A stretch of 64,000 nt of DNA from positions 480,001-544,000 of the forward strand of contig CAVQHD010000001.1 in assembly GCA_963712275.1 (NCBI GenBank). Reading direction: 5' to 3'. How positions within the stretch are numbered: the first letter of the stretch is position 1; the number at the start of each line of letters is the position of its first letter. The notes beneath the pieces are model-generated. The model had not been told where the DNA came from. It did not search any database and worked only from the letters and a program-made list of their open reading frames with translations. Positions 43,648 to 53,911 of the stretch are shown here, piece after piece. Origin of the DNA: an uncultured Rhabdochlamydiaceae bacterium (lineage in GTDB: Bacteria; Chlamydiota; Chlamydiia; Chlamydiales; Rhabdochlamydiaceae). The translations under genes were made by a program, and so were the position numbers.

Positions 43648-45807
43648 ATGAGCTATCTGAAGGATTTCCTGACAAAAATCTCCTTGAGAGATTACCCCGC
43701 TTTTCTCCGCTTGTGGGAAGAGTACTGCATGAGTGATGAGGTCGATCCCCAGGAGTTAAAACAAATTTTAATTTCTACAAAAAACAGTGAATTTGCAGAG
43801 CCGTTTGGTAAGTATGTTGAAAATATACTTCCTCTCTGGGAAATAATTGCAGAATCCCCTGAAAAGCACGATATTTTTAAGTTGATTATTGACCTTGAAA
43901 CGACAGAGAGTGAAGAGCTTAGGAAAAAAGTCCTGAGCTATTTACAGCAGAAGTATCCTGAGGCAGATAATCTAAGTGAAAAAATACGGCTAACAGGTCT
44001 TCGAGGGAAAGACAAATTCCAAGGGGCTGTGGCCAGCTTTGAGCTTCTCAACCATATGATGAAGGGAAGGTTTGTTTTTCATACAGGCGGATGGGGCGTT
44101 GGCGAAATTATCGACATGTCCATGTTAAGAGAGCAGCTTTCCATTGAATTTGAACATGTGGCTGGAAAAAAAGATCTCTCGTTTGCAAACGCATTTAAGA
44201 CGTTAATTCCCATTCCGGATGGCCATTTTCTCGCCTTGCGCTTTGGGAACCCAGACCAGCTTGAGCGACAAGCCAAAGAGCAACCTGGGGAAGTGATTCG
44301 GATGATGCTTCGTGATTTGGGCCCTAAAACAGCAGCCGAAATAAAAGATGAACTTTGCGGCCTTGTCATTCCTGAAGAAGAATGGGCCAAATGGTGGCAA
44401 AACACTCGAACTAAAATTAAAAAAGATACGATGATCGAAGCGCCCGAAGATCTCAGGCGGCCGTTTGTGCTTCGCAGAGCTGAAGTAGCCCACGAGGACC
44501 GTCTACGCAAAATCTTAGAAACCACCCCTGAAATTAGCTCTGTCATCCATGCAATTTATTCCTTTTCCCGCGATTTTCCTGAAATGCTTAAAAATCCTGA
44601 GTTTAAGTCATTTTTGTACACAAAAGCTCAAGAAAGTCTCACTTTTCCAGATTTAACTGAAGCTAAACAGCTGCAGCTCGATTTCTTTATTGAAGACTTT
44701 TCTGCAGGGAAAAGTGCAGGTGACGCCGCAGCTCTGATCAAAGAGACGAAGTCTGTCGAGGCCCTTGTCCAATCCATTGATATCCTCGCCTTTAAGAAAA
44801 GAGCTTTGATGGTTGCCCGAAAAGTACGCCCCGATTGGAAAGCGCTCTTTCTTAACCTTCTACTGACCGTTGATCAAAATCCTATACGAGATTATCTCTT
44901 TTCAGAGCTCGATCATCCCGAGACGCGTCAAGATTTAATTCAAAAATTAGAAGATCTCCTCATGCATCCAGCCCATTATCCGGATGCCTTTATCTGGTAT
45001 TTCCAGAAGATCATGAGCCAAGAAGGAATTCCTTTTGCGGATAAAGAAAACAAAAGTCGATTTTTCGAAGGTTTTTTTATTGTTCTTCACCATATCGAGC
45101 ATTTAGCGACAGAACGTGAGCTAGTGAAAAAAATGCATGGGATTCTCACGGCAGGCCGTTATGCAATCGTGAGAGAAATTCTTCGGGGAGCTCCCATTGA
45201 AGTTGTTCAAGAGTTTTTACTGCTTGCGACCAAGTGCCACTCTCTTAGCGGCCACGATATCAAGATTTTACATTCTCTGGCGGAGGTCGTGCACCCATCG
45301 CTTGGCAAAATGCGAAAAACGCAAGAGGCGTCTGGGGATGAAAATATCATTTGGACCACCGAAGCGGGGTTTAATAAAGTTAAACACCGAATGCAGGAGA
45401 TTGCAACGGTTAAGACCGTTGAAAATGCTCGCGGGATCGAAGTTGCCCGTTCGCATGGAGATTTGCGTGAGAATGCTGAATTTAAAGCGGCTCTTGAAGA
45501 ACGAGCTCGCCTTCAATCTGAGCTTAAAATGCTCTCCGATCAAGTGAACCGATGCCGTATCATCACAAAAGCTGACATTTCAACAGACGAGGTGGGAATT
45601 GGCTGCGTGGTTTCCTGCAAAAACAATGCAGGGAAAGTTCTCCAGTATACTCTTCTAGGCCCATGGGATGCAGATGTCAATCAAGGGATCCTGGCTTTTC
45701 AATCAAAATTTGCCCAAGCGATCAAAGGGCTCTCTTTAGGGGATAAATTTCAATTTCAAGGTGAAGAATTTACAATTACGGATATTCAAAGCTATCTCGA
45801 CAAATAA
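43648..45807 (+). CDS. greA: Chlamydia-type long GreA transcription elongation factor
   Basis: C-terminal ARSHGDLRENAEFKAA, YTLLGPWD; ~550-aa N-terminal extension. Confidence 0.9.
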   Translation: MSYLKDFLTKISLRDYPAFLRLWEEYCMSDEVDPQELKQILISTKNSEFAEPFGKYVENILPLWEIIAESPEKHDIFKLIIDLETTESEELRKKVLSYLQQKYPEADNLSEKIRLTGLRGKDKFQGAVASFELLNHMMKGRFVFHTGGWGVGEIIDMSMLREQLSIEFEHVAGKKDLSFANAFKTLIPIPDGHFLALRFGNPDQLERQAKEQPGEVIRMMLRDLGPKTAAEIKDELCGLVIPEEEWAKWWQNTRTKIKKDTMIEAPEDLRRPFVLRRAEVAHEDRLRKILETTPEISSVIHAIYSFSRDFPEMLKNPEFKSFLYTKAQESLTFPDLTEAKQLQLDFFIEDFSAGKSAGDAAALIKETKSVEALVQSIDILAFKKRALMVARKVRPDWKALFLNLLLTVDQNPIRDYLFSELDHPETRQDLIQKLEDLLMHPAHYPDAFIWYFQKIMSQEGIPFADKENKSRFFEGFFIVLHHIEHLATERELVKKMHGILTAGRYAIVREILRGAPIEVVQEFLLLATKCHSLSGHDIKILHSLAEVVHPSLGKMRKTQEASGDENIIWTTEAGFNKVKHRMQEIATVKTVENARGIEVARSHGDLRENAEFKAALEERARLQSELKMLSDQVNRCRIITKADISTDEVGIGCVVSCKNNAGKVLQYTLLGPWDADVNQGILAFQSKFAQAIKGLSLGDKFQFQGEEFTITDIQSYLDK

Positions 45808-45841
45808 AAGTTTTGCTACTCTAGGGTAAAAAGGGAAAAAT

Positions 45842-46462
45842 GTGCAGCTGATTATCGCGAGCCGAAACATCCACAAGATCCGAGAGCTTCGCACGATGCT
45901 GAAATCCTATAAAGAATTTGATCTTCTCTCCCTTCTTGATTTCCCAAGCTACCAACCGCTTCCTGATGATGACCAGTCTCTTGAATCAAGAGCGGTTCAA
46001 AAAGCTGTCCATGCAGCTCGCGAACTCAATCAATGGGTGATTTCCGATCAAGCAGGACTGTTTGTTCCTGCTCTTCAAGGAGAGCCCGGCCTCCATTCTG
46101 CCAGGTATGCAGGTCCCGCGGCTTCAGATAGTGAAAATCGAAAAAAGCTGCTCAGCGCAATGCACCATCTGACAGACCTAGATCGACAGGCTTATTTCGA
46201 ATGTTGGCTAGCGATCGCTTCCCCTGAGGGTCTTAAAAAATGCGTTCGCGGAGTCTGTGAAGGGACCATTGCTTCCGAAGAGAGGGGAGGCAAAGGGTTT
46301 GGATACGACTCCCTCTTTCTCAAATATGAGTACCGAAAGACCTTTGCCGAACTTGACGCCATCAAAGACCGCGTCTCGCATCGGCGCAAAGCCGTTGCCA
46401 AACTCCACCTCTATCTTGAGTCACTATCTGAGCAATTGGCTGCCAAAGAGGGGTCTTCTTAG
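45842..46462 (+). CDS. rdgB: Non-canonical purine NTP pyrophosphatase (Ham1/RdgB)
   Basis: ASRNIHK, PGLHSARYAG, GFGYDSLF, SHR. Confidence 0.92.
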   Translation: MQLIIASRNIHKIRELRTMLKSYKEFDLLSLLDFPSYQPLPDDDQSLESRAVQKAVHAARELNQWVISDQAGLFVPALQGEPGLHSARYAGPAASDSENRKKLLSAMHHLTDLDRQAYFECWLAIASPEGLKKCVRGVCEGTIASEERGGKGFGYDSLFLKYEYRKTFAELDAIKDRVSHRRKAVAKLHLYLESLSEQLAAKEGSS

Positions 46463-46554
46463 TTAGCTGGCCTAATTCCAACTGTTGCGATTCTGTTTGC
46501 TGAAAAAAGCTTCAAAATAGTATCATTTGATGCTAATCCAAATGGATATGAAGA

Positions 46555-46923
46555 ATGACCTATACGCAACAGCGCCCTACAAATCGTGAACTTGACAACA
46601 AGATAAAGGCCGCAAAAAAAGCGATCAGCAAGAAAAAAGTTTACATAGCTAATCTTACCAAAATGTATAGCGATTTAAATGAGCTTGACTTGGGAAATAC
46701 AGAAGAGATATGGCGGATTGTAAATATATTATTAGAGGAAATTTCTTATGATGATTATTGCGGAGGTCATCCTCCTGAACAAGCCCGCGAGCAAACAATT
46801 GAAGGATGTGATTTATATGCATTTTCATGGCAAAGCACTAAATATAATAGAAAAATGTATTTGAAATTTTCAATTATGGAAGATTTTTTCTATTTAGTTT
46901 CAATCCATGAAAGCAGAAGGTGA
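46555..46923 (+). CDS. Putative MqsR/RelE-like toxin
   Basis: Basic 122 aa ending MYLKF...LVSIHE; overlaps an MqsA-like gene. Confidence 0.6.
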   Translation: MTYTQQRPTNRELDNKIKAAKKAISKKKVYIANLTKMYSDLNELDLGNTEEIWRIVNILLEEISYDDYCGGHPPEQAREQTIEGCDLYAFSWQSTKYNRKMYLKFSIMEDFFYLVSIHESRR

Positions 46924-47795
46924 TTATGAAATGTATAAAATGCAATAACGATAAATTTGAGCTGAAACAAATAGAGCTTTCTCCAGAAATAAAAGGGGAA
47001 TTAGTAACTGTTGCTGTTGAGGCTTATGTATGTGAAGAATGTGAAACTCCGCTAATGACAGACAGGCAAATGAATGCTTTTAGAAAAGCTGGAGCAGACA
47101 AGTATCGCGAAAAGCATAACCTGCTGACTTCAAAACAAATTATTGAATATCGTGAAGCATTGGGCATGTCACAAACTAATTTTGCACATTATTTACAAGT
47201 TGGTGAAGCAAGTATTAAACGCTGGGAAACTTACTACATTCAGGACTCAAGCCAAGATGATCATATTAGACTAAAATGTGATGAAGCCTATGCCGAATTG
47301 AATTATTTAGATATTTTGTGGAAACATAAGAAACCCGATATTTTTAGTGGAGGTAAGCAATTTTCCTTTGAATTATTCAAAAACGTTTCAATTTTTTTAG
47401 CAAAAATAACAGAGGAAAGTATAATTATAACTAATAAAATACATTATTACGTGGACTTTTTACATTACAAAACAAACAAAATCAGCCTTACAGGCGCACG
47501 GTATGTCCCTCTAAAATATGGCCCATGTCCAGATCAATACAGAATACTATATGATGTTTTAGTGCAAAAAGGAATCTTGGAGGTTATAAACGAACATAAT
47601 TATAAAGCGAAAATAGATCCAGATATGTCTATATTCAGTGAGAATGAAATACAAACACTTGAATTTATATTGGATATTTTCAAAAGGAAAGGCGGCAAAT
47701 ATTTTTATAATTTATCGCACAAAGAAAAAGGTTACACTGATACTGAGGAATGCAAATTCATAAGCTATGAATATGCCAATCAATTAAACATTTGA
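46920..47795 (+). CDS. MqsA-like Zn-finger/HTH antitoxin fused to a SocA/Panacea (DUF4065)-like domain
   Basis: CIKC...CEEC, Xre HTH (LGMSQTNFAHYLQVGEASIKRWE), NKIHYYVDF...YGPCP...LSH. Confidence 0.75.
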   Translation: MIMKCIKCNNDKFELKQIELSPEIKGELVTVAVEAYVCEECETPLMTDRQMNAFRKAGADKYREKHNLLTSKQIIEYREALGMSQTNFAHYLQVGEASIKRWETYYIQDSSQDDHIRLKCDEAYAELNYLDILWKHKKPDIFSGGKQFSFELFKNVSIFLAKITEESIIITNKIHYYVDFLHYKTNKISLTGARYVPLKYGPCPDQYRILYDVLVQKGILEVINEHNYKAKIDPDMSIFSENEIQTLEFILDIFKRKGGKYFYNLSHKEKGYTDTEECKFISYEYANQLNI

Positions 47796-47798
47796 CTT

Positions 47799-48152
47799 TT
47801 AATTCGGGACGTCGTTGGGGTCGTCGTCGTAGAGCTCGTCGTAGACGGAAGGACGCTCTTGTTTATATTGCTTTGAGACAACCTGCCCATTTTTGATCAC
47901 GAGGGTGTAATTATTTTGCTCGACGATTTGCTCTTGAACGGGAATTCGCTCGATGAACAGGTATTCTTGGCTTCCATCCTTTTTGGATTGGATAGAGTAC
48001 GGTTTCCCATATTTTTTCACGACAGCTTCAATAGAAGTTCCCAGCTCAATTTCATAAAACTCTCTTTTCGTCATGACAGGAGAGGCGTAGCAGGTTGCCG
48101 CTATAGCAAGAAAAAAAGTTAAGAGGATTTTTTTGAAAGGTGTTCTTGCCAT
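47799..48152 (-). CDS. Small exported protein (SmpA/BamE-like)
   Basis: Signal peptide; IELGTSIEAVVKKYGKPYSI. Confidence 0.55.
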   Translation of the reverse strand: MARTPFKKILLTFFLAIAATCYASPVMTKREFYEIELGTSIEAVVKKYGKPYSIQSKKDGSQEYLFIERIPVQEQIVEQNNYTLVIKNGQVVSKQYKQERPSVYDELYDDDPNDVPN

Positions 48153-48574
48153 ACTTTTCCTTTAATGATGGTTCTAAGCTCAGCAGTTGCGTATTCAGCA
48201 TGCAAAAGATACGACTCATCCGCTTGTTTTTCATAGGTTTCAAACCCCTCAAACCCAATCTGAGGAGCTCGAAATTCCCAGGCAATCATTTGGTCTGTTA
48301 TCAGCCCTTTTCCTGAGACTCTTCCAATCGAAGGGCTGTCGAGATCTAAACAAAAATTTCCAGAGGCAAAATCGTAAAAAAGAAGCTCATTATGCATCAC
48401 CTCAGAGAGCCCTTTAACTTGGATCTGCTGAGCGCACTCAATTTTGCCATCAGCTGTTTTTTGAGACACATTCCACTTGGTGTAGAAAGGGAGCTCCTCT
48501 TCGACCATATTGAGCTGAATTTTCCCTTCTCCAAGCCAAGAACTGGGACTGAAAATAAAAAGATGTTTTGTCAT
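48119..48574 (-). CDS. Conserved hypothetical protein
   Basis: 151 aa in an operon with rodA; WLGEG, IAWEF, FEGFE motifs. Confidence 0.7.
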   Translation of the reverse strand: MTKHLFIFSPSSWLGEGKIQLNMVEEELPFYTKWNVSQKTADGKIECAQQIQVKGLSEVMHNELLFYDFASGNFCLDLDSPSIGRVSGKGLITDQMIAWEFRAPQIGFEGFETYEKQADESYLLHAEYATAELRTIIKGKVWQEHLSKKSS

Positions 48575-48575
48575 A

Positions 48576-49700
48576 TTAAAACATAAACCTGCGGCTGTAA
48601 ATGCTCTGTAAAATCCCTAGGGCCATCATGGAAGAGAGCGTCGAGGATCCTCCATAAGTCACAAGGATTAACGGGACGCCAGTAATCGGTAGAAAGCCGA
48701 CCATCATTCCGATGTTCACGATGACATGCGATGCCAGGTAAATCGTAATCCCTGCCGACAAAAGACGTCCAAACGTATCCTTAGCTCCAGCTGTAACTTG
48801 AAAACTAAAATAAATCAAACCGAAAAAAAAGAGCAGGATTAAAAAAACTCCTATAAAACCAAACTCTTCTGCATAGGCAGCAAAAACTGAGTCGGTGTGG
48901 GCCGCGGGAAGCCACTCTCTTCCTGAAAACTCGCTTTGGAGCCAACCGGTCCCCGTGATCCCGCCGAGTCCAATCGCTGTTTGGGAGGCTCTCTGATGGT
49001 ACGTATTTGGATTGAGCCGCTCGTACTGATATTCTTTCAAAAATTTTGTTGCATACGGATGCATTTTTTCATGGGAAAGTACACCTGTAAACAGAAGTCC
49101 TACAAAAATGAGGCCCACAGCTCCGAGAATCATAAGCGTTCGTACCACTAGCCGGTGGATTCCTCCAAGATAAAACATGACAAGAGCCGTGGGGTAGAGA
49201 ACGAGGGCTGTTCCCAGATCAGGCTGCTTTAAAATGAGGATAAAAGGGATCAAAACAATCACAAGGGCCTGAAATGCCGTTCGCAAGCTTCCAATATTTC
49301 CCCCTTTGAGTTCTAGAAAAGCGCTCAAGGTGATCACCACGACTAATTTGGCATATTCCGAAGGTTGAAATTCCCGCCCTAGTAGAGGAATTCGATACCA
49401 TCTGTGAACATTTTGAATTGGCGTCGTAAAGAAAAGGCCGATTAAAAGGAGAATGATTAATCCATAGAAAACCCACGACCAAGCGCGTAACTTTCGATAA
49501 TCCGTGCCGACTAAAAAGGAGTAAGCGAGCCATCCCATCATGAACCATTGAATTTGGGATTTTGCCGTCTCTGTTAAATAAGAGGCGGCTTCTCCACTCG
49601 CAGTCATCGAAGAAATCACAAGAATACTAATCCACATCAGCGCCAAGATCAGCGGCACTGTTCTCAGGTCAATTCTTGCAAGATATCGATAGTCCCACAT
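48576..49700 (-). CDS. rodA: SEDS-family rod shape-determining protein
   Basis: FQPSEYAK, QPDLGTA, LPAAHTD, PITGVPL..YGGSS; multiple TM helices. Confidence 0.9.
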   Translation of the reverse strand: MWDYRYLARIDLRTVPLILALMWISILVISSMTASGEAASYLTETAKSQIQWFMMGWLAYSFLVGTDYRKLRAWSWVFYGLIILLLIGLFFTTPIQNVHRWYRIPLLGREFQPSEYAKLVVVITLSAFLELKGGNIGSLRTAFQALVIVLIPFILILKQPDLGTALVLYPTALVMFYLGGIHRLVVRTLMILGAVGLIFVGLLFTGVLSHEKMHPYATKFLKEYQYERLNPNTYHQRASQTAIGLGGITGTGWLQSEFSGREWLPAAHTDSVFAAYAEEFGFIGVFLILLFFFGLIYFSFQVTAGAKDTFGRLLSAGITIYLASHVIVNIGMMVGFLPITGVPLILVTYGGSSTLSSMMALGILQSIYSRRFMF

Positions 49701-49720
49701 ATAGTTAGCCTACCTGAAGT

Positions 49721-50467
49721 ATGGATAAAAATATCGCGGTTGATTTTATTCAACTTGAATCAATCCCTTCAACAAATACATGGGCTAAAGAGCACGCCCT
49801 GATGTTCAATCCATCGCATCTCACATGCATTACAGCTGAGGAGCAGACAGGAGGGCGGGGCCGTCGAGACAAAAAATGGCTCTCTCCCAAAGGGATGAAT
49901 CTCTATTCGACCTTCTATTTTGTCATCCCCAATTCATCTTCGTATCTTGCCAATCTAGGACAGGTGATGGTGCTTGCATGCGCAGAATTGCTTCTTGAAA
50001 TGGGGGTTCCTGTTGAAATTAAATGGCCTAACGATCTTCTTGCTCAAAAGAAAAAAATAGGCGGGGTTTTGACAGAGACAATCCCTCTTCAATCGGAGAT
50101 CGGGGTTATTCTGGGGTTGGGGCTTAATGTGAATATGCCTCAGGAGCTTTTAATGACAATTAATCAACCGGCAACATCGCTCCATTTCTTTCTTGAGAGG
50201 CCCCTTCAGCCGGCAAGCTTATTGCAGCCGCTTCTTGGGCATTTCATCCCCTGCCTAAACGAGCTCCAATCGTTTGGTTTTTCTCCACTTCAGCCCCGGT
50301 TTGAGCGGCTGCTTGCTTATCGAGGTCAAAGGATCACCGTGCATCTTCCTCAAAAAAAGATTCAAGGCATTTGCGACTCCATTACAAAAGAGGGGTGTTT
50401 AAGGCTGCAACTCGCGACGGGTCAATTTTTAACACTTTCGATTGGTGAAATTAATAACTTGCATTGA
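49721..50467 (+). CDS. birA: Biotin--protein ligase
   Basis: STN, QTGGRGR, KWPND, KIGGVL. Confidence 0.93.
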   Translation: MDKNIAVDFIQLESIPSTNTWAKEHALMFNPSHLTCITAEEQTGGRGRRDKKWLSPKGMNLYSTFYFVIPNSSSYLANLGQVMVLACAELLLEMGVPVEIKWPNDLLAQKKKIGGVLTETIPLQSEIGVILGLGLNVNMPQELLMTINQPATSLHFFLERPLQPASLLQPLLGHFIPCLNELQSFGFSPLQPRFERLLAYRGQRITVHLPQKKIQGICDSITKEGCLRLQLATGQFLTLSIGEINNLH

Positions 50468-51344
50468 TCAGCGCAAACCCGGCAAGCACATCGAAGAGTT
50501 CTTTATCGATTGTGTTTTGCCGCTCAAGGTTAAATTGCTGTTCTACCATTTCTAGAAAATCCTTAATGTCCTGGTCTGCAGCTTGCATAGATGCCAGGCG
50601 AACTTCGCTTTCACAGGAAAGCGATTCGACGCATGCTTTACAAATTCCGGCAAATAAATACTCTCCTATCAGAGCAGTAAAGGTATTGCTAGGATCATCG
50701 ATGAGCTGGGGAATCATGTGGGTTGGCCATTTTTTCTTGTAAAAAAATTGACTGAGCCAATGTTTATCTATGGGAGCTAGTTTTAAACAGATAGGCTCGT
50801 AGACAGCGTGCGACTTTGTTTTATTGAAAAAAACAAATAATTGATCGATATCGTGTTCTTCCTGCTCTTTTTCGATATGATCTAAAAGCTGGGTGATGAG
50901 TCCCAAAAGGTTAACGATGGAGGGGAGAGCATGAAGGGAATACTTAATCTCTAAATCTTTATAATTTTTTAATCTTGAGTGGACGCGATCTCCCACTGAC
51001 CACGCAATTTTTTTTCCTGATATAGACTTGAGTTCTTGAATGGCAAAATCTGAGATCCTGTCATTAAATTCCCCCACCATGCCTTGATCGGAACCAAAAA
51101 TGATCGCCCCGGTTCTTTTAATTACGATTTTTTTTCTCTCAATGGACTTGACTAACTCTGGAGATTGGGTCAGGCAGGCGAGAAGGCCTAATTCTAAAGA
51201 TTGGTAATAGTTAAGCAATCCTTTCACAGCATTTTGGTAGGAAAGGGTGTTAAGGGCAGCCAACATTTTCATGGTTTTTATCAGGGATTGAAGCAAATGA
51301 CCTGTTTTAAGCTTCTTTTTCAAAGAACGGAGCAGAATGCTCAT
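50451..51344 (-). CDS. atpG: N-type ATPase gamma subunit
   Basis: KTMK, GSDQGMVGEFN, RLASM, RQNTIDKEL. Confidence 0.88.
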   Translation of the reverse strand: MSILLRSLKKKLKTGHLLQSLIKTMKMLAALNTLSYQNAVKGLLNYYQSLELGLLACLTQSPELVKSIERKKIVIKRTGAIIFGSDQGMVGEFNDRISDFAIQELKSISGKKIAWSVGDRVHSRLKNYKDLEIKYSLHALPSIVNLLGLITQLLDHIEKEQEEHDIDQLFVFFNKTKSHAVYEPICLKLAPIDKHWLSQFFYKKKWPTHMIPQLIDDPSNTFTALIGEYLFAGICKACVESLSCESEVRLASMQAADQDIKDFLEMVEQQFNLERQNTIDKELFDVLAGFALINASY

Positions 51345-52873
51345 TTTTGCACTTCGAACTTTGAAAGAACTTCTTTCGCTCGATCCAAAATTCTATTTTT
51401 GATCGTTTCATCCATTTTTTCTGATGTCATCAGATGCTTCTTGTCCTCTTCTTTCATGTTTTCGGCAGATTGCCTCAGGGCTTTTTCAGCTTCGTCTAAT
51501 CGATCAAGAGAAATTTTATCTAGAAGACCTTTCGTAAAAGCCAGTAGGATAAAAATCTGCGTGGAAACATCAAGAGGGTCTAATCTATTTTGATTTAAGC
51601 ACCACCGAATACGCCTGCCGTGGTTAAGCAAGTGATGTGTCTCTTCATCCAGCTGCGTGCCAAACCTTGCAAAAACTTCCAATTCTTCAAATTGCGCATA
51701 AGAAATCTTGAGATCACCGATCACTTCTCTATAAGCCGCAACTTGAGCTTTCCCTCCTACTCTCGAAACCGATTTGTTGACATCGATTGCAGGCAAAACC
51801 CCCTTTTCAAACAGTTCGGCGGAAAGGAAAATTTGACCGTCTGTAATCGAGATAAGATTTGTGGGGATGTAAGCAGAAATGTCTTGCGCTTCCGTTTCAA
51901 TAATGGGCAGGGCCGTTAAAGAACCTCCTCCCAATTCCTTGCTTAAATGGGTCGCTCGCTCTAATAAGCTGGCATGGATATGGAAAATATCGCCGGGAAA
52001 AGCTTCGCGTCCTGGAGGTCGTTTGAGAAGAAGGGAAAGCTCGCGATACGATCTAGCATGGTTTGTTAGGTTGTCGTAAACAATCAGCACTTGGCGGCCT
52101 TTATGCATAAAGTATTCTGCGATGCTAGTCGCAGCATAAGGAGCTACGTACCTGCGGCCTGGAGGATCATTTGCTTTTGTCACCATGATAATGGTGTAAT
52201 CCATGGCATTTTCTTTTTTTAAATCTGCGATCACTTTGGCAACGGCAGACAGGCGCTGGCCGATTGCACAATAGATGCAAATGACATTTTTGCCTCTTTG
52301 ATTGATGATGGCATCGATGGCCAAAGCCGTTTTACCTGTTTGACGATCCCCTAAAATCAGCTCTCGCTGTCCGTGGCCGATGGGGATGAGAGCATCGATG
52401 ACTTTAAGTCCTGTTTGAAGAGGCGCCGTCACTGGAGCACGATCGATAATGTCCGGGGCCGGGCGTTGAATAGGCCATCGTTCGAGTCCGCTAAGGGAGT
52501 CTTTTCGATCGAGAGGATTGGCTTGCGCGTCGATGACCCTTCCCAAGAGAGCATCACCGACGGCGATATCGACGGCTTGCCCCGTAGAACTGACTTCAAA
52601 CCCGGCTTTTAAAAGATCTGGATCTTGTAGAAGAATCGCTCCAAATTCTTCTTCTTCGAGATCAAAGACAAAACCAGAGGACCCGCCCTCAAAATGAACG
52701 AGTTCTTCAACACCTAAATGAGAGAGTCCGGCAGCTGTTGCAACGCCATTTAAGACGCTGGTGATAGTTCCTACCTCTTTGAGGCTAATGTCTTTCTTAT
52801 ACTCTTTTCGAGCTCGGCTTAAGAGGTCTAAGGTTGAACTTAAAATCGATCGAAGATCATTAGCCGGACTCAT
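51341..52873 (-). CDS. atpA: N-type ATPase alpha subunit
   Basis: GDRQTGKT, RPPGREAFPGD, PTNLISITDGQ. Confidence 0.95.
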   Translation of the reverse strand: MSPANDLRSILSSTLDLLSRARKEYKKDISLKEVGTITSVLNGVATAAGLSHLGVEELVHFEGGSSGFVFDLEEEEFGAILLQDPDLLKAGFEVSSTGQAVDIAVGDALLGRVIDAQANPLDRKDSLSGLERWPIQRPAPDIIDRAPVTAPLQTGLKVIDALIPIGHGQRELILGDRQTGKTALAIDAIINQRGKNVICIYCAIGQRLSAVAKVIADLKKENAMDYTIIMVTKANDPPGRRYVAPYAATSIAEYFMHKGRQVLIVYDNLTNHARSYRELSLLLKRPPGREAFPGDIFHIHASLLERATHLSKELGGGSLTALPIIETEAQDISAYIPTNLISITDGQIFLSAELFEKGVLPAIDVNKSVSRVGGKAQVAAYREVIGDLKISYAQFEELEVFARFGTQLDEETHHLLNHGRRIRWCLNQNRLDPLDVSTQIFILLAFTKGLLDKISLDRLDEAEKALRQSAENMKEEDKKHLMTSEKMDETIKNRILDRAKEVLSKFEVQK

Positions 52874-53628
52874 TTTGTCCTACCCGCAAGCATTTGTTCC
52901 ATGTGATTTTCCAGTGACACAAGGTAGTCGGCAATGTTCCACGATAGTTTTTTCCCATTTGCAAGTAATTCTATTCCGGCGACTAAATCAGGCGCTGTGA
53001 TCCATTCCACCTGGAACTCTTTCCCATATTCTTGCTGGATTATTTGCCAGATTTTTTCATGGAAAGGTTGCGTTAGCTCCAAAGCAGTTCGAATCTGCAA
53101 AGTATGTAATGGAGAGAGCAAAGAGGCAAGATCCTCTTTATTTTTGGCCAAGCTTTTTAACTGCACGAGAAAATGGTTGATAATGCATTCTTCAAGGCTG
53201 GTTTCTGCAAGATCGGCAAGGGCTTGCTTTGAAAGAGAGAAAACTTCTCGTTGGAGCTTGGCTTTAAGATCCCGATAGAACTCCTCTTTTTCATTTTTAA
53301 GGCTGTGCTCCCAAAGGGCTTTCTTTTTTTCAACGTCCTCTTTGGCTTGGTCAGAAAGCAAATTACGCAGTTTTTCAATCTCCTCTTTTGCTTTTTTGGT
53401 TTTTTCCTCTTTTAGCCTGTCGAACTCTTCGATTTTCTTCTTAAACGTCTCCTTCTCTGCTTTAGCCTCTTTGATCTTTAACTCTGCCTCTTGGATCTGC
53501 AGCTCAATGCTTTTTCGCCTTTCATTAATTTTCTCGAAAATAGGCTTGTACAAAAAAACCTTTAATATCCAAATAATGAAGAGAAAATTGATCACTTGAG
53601 CAATGACTGTGAACCAATCAAGCAGCAT
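52870..53628 (-). CDS. atpF: N-type ATPase b subunit (b/delta-like fusion)
   Basis: DWFTVIAQVINF TM, coiled coil, C-terminal PDLVAGIEL. Confidence 0.88.
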   Translation of the reverse strand: MLLDWFTVIAQVINFLFIIWILKVFLYKPIFEKINERRKSIELQIQEAELKIKEAKAEKETFKKKIEEFDRLKEEKTKKAKEEIEKLRNLLSDQAKEDVEKKKALWEHSLKNEKEEFYRDLKAKLQREVFSLSKQALADLAETSLEECIINHFLVQLKSLAKNKEDLASLLSPLHTLQIRTALELTQPFHEKIWQIIQQEYGKEFQVEWITAPDLVAGIELLANGKKLSWNIADYLVSLENHMEQMLAGRTK

Positions 53629-53632
53629 GGAT

Positions 53633-53911
53633 TTAGCCGCCTGCTTTGGAAAGGAAATGGTTCCAAAAGGGATTTGCAAAGATGATAATCATCGCGATGA
53701 CCAAACAATAGATCGCAATCGATTCGATCATGGCAAGGCCTACGAAAAGGGTGCGGGTAATCGCTGTCGTGGCATCGGGTTGTTGAGCAATTGCTTTTAA
53801 AGCCGAATCCACAGCCCTTCCTTCGGCAAACGCTGGGCCTATAGCTCCCATTGCCATTGTAAGTCCGGCAGTAATGATCGAGATAAACGCAATAATTGTT
53901 ATGCTATCCAT
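53633..53911 (-). CDS. atpE: N-type ATPase c subunit
   Basis: GPAFAEG, QQPD, AMIESIAIY, FANPFW. Confidence 0.92.
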   Translation of the reverse strand: MDSITIIAFISIITAGLTMAMGAIGPAFAEGRAVDSALKAIAQQPDATTAITRTLFVGLAMIESIAIYCLVIAMIIIFANPFWNHFLSKAGG

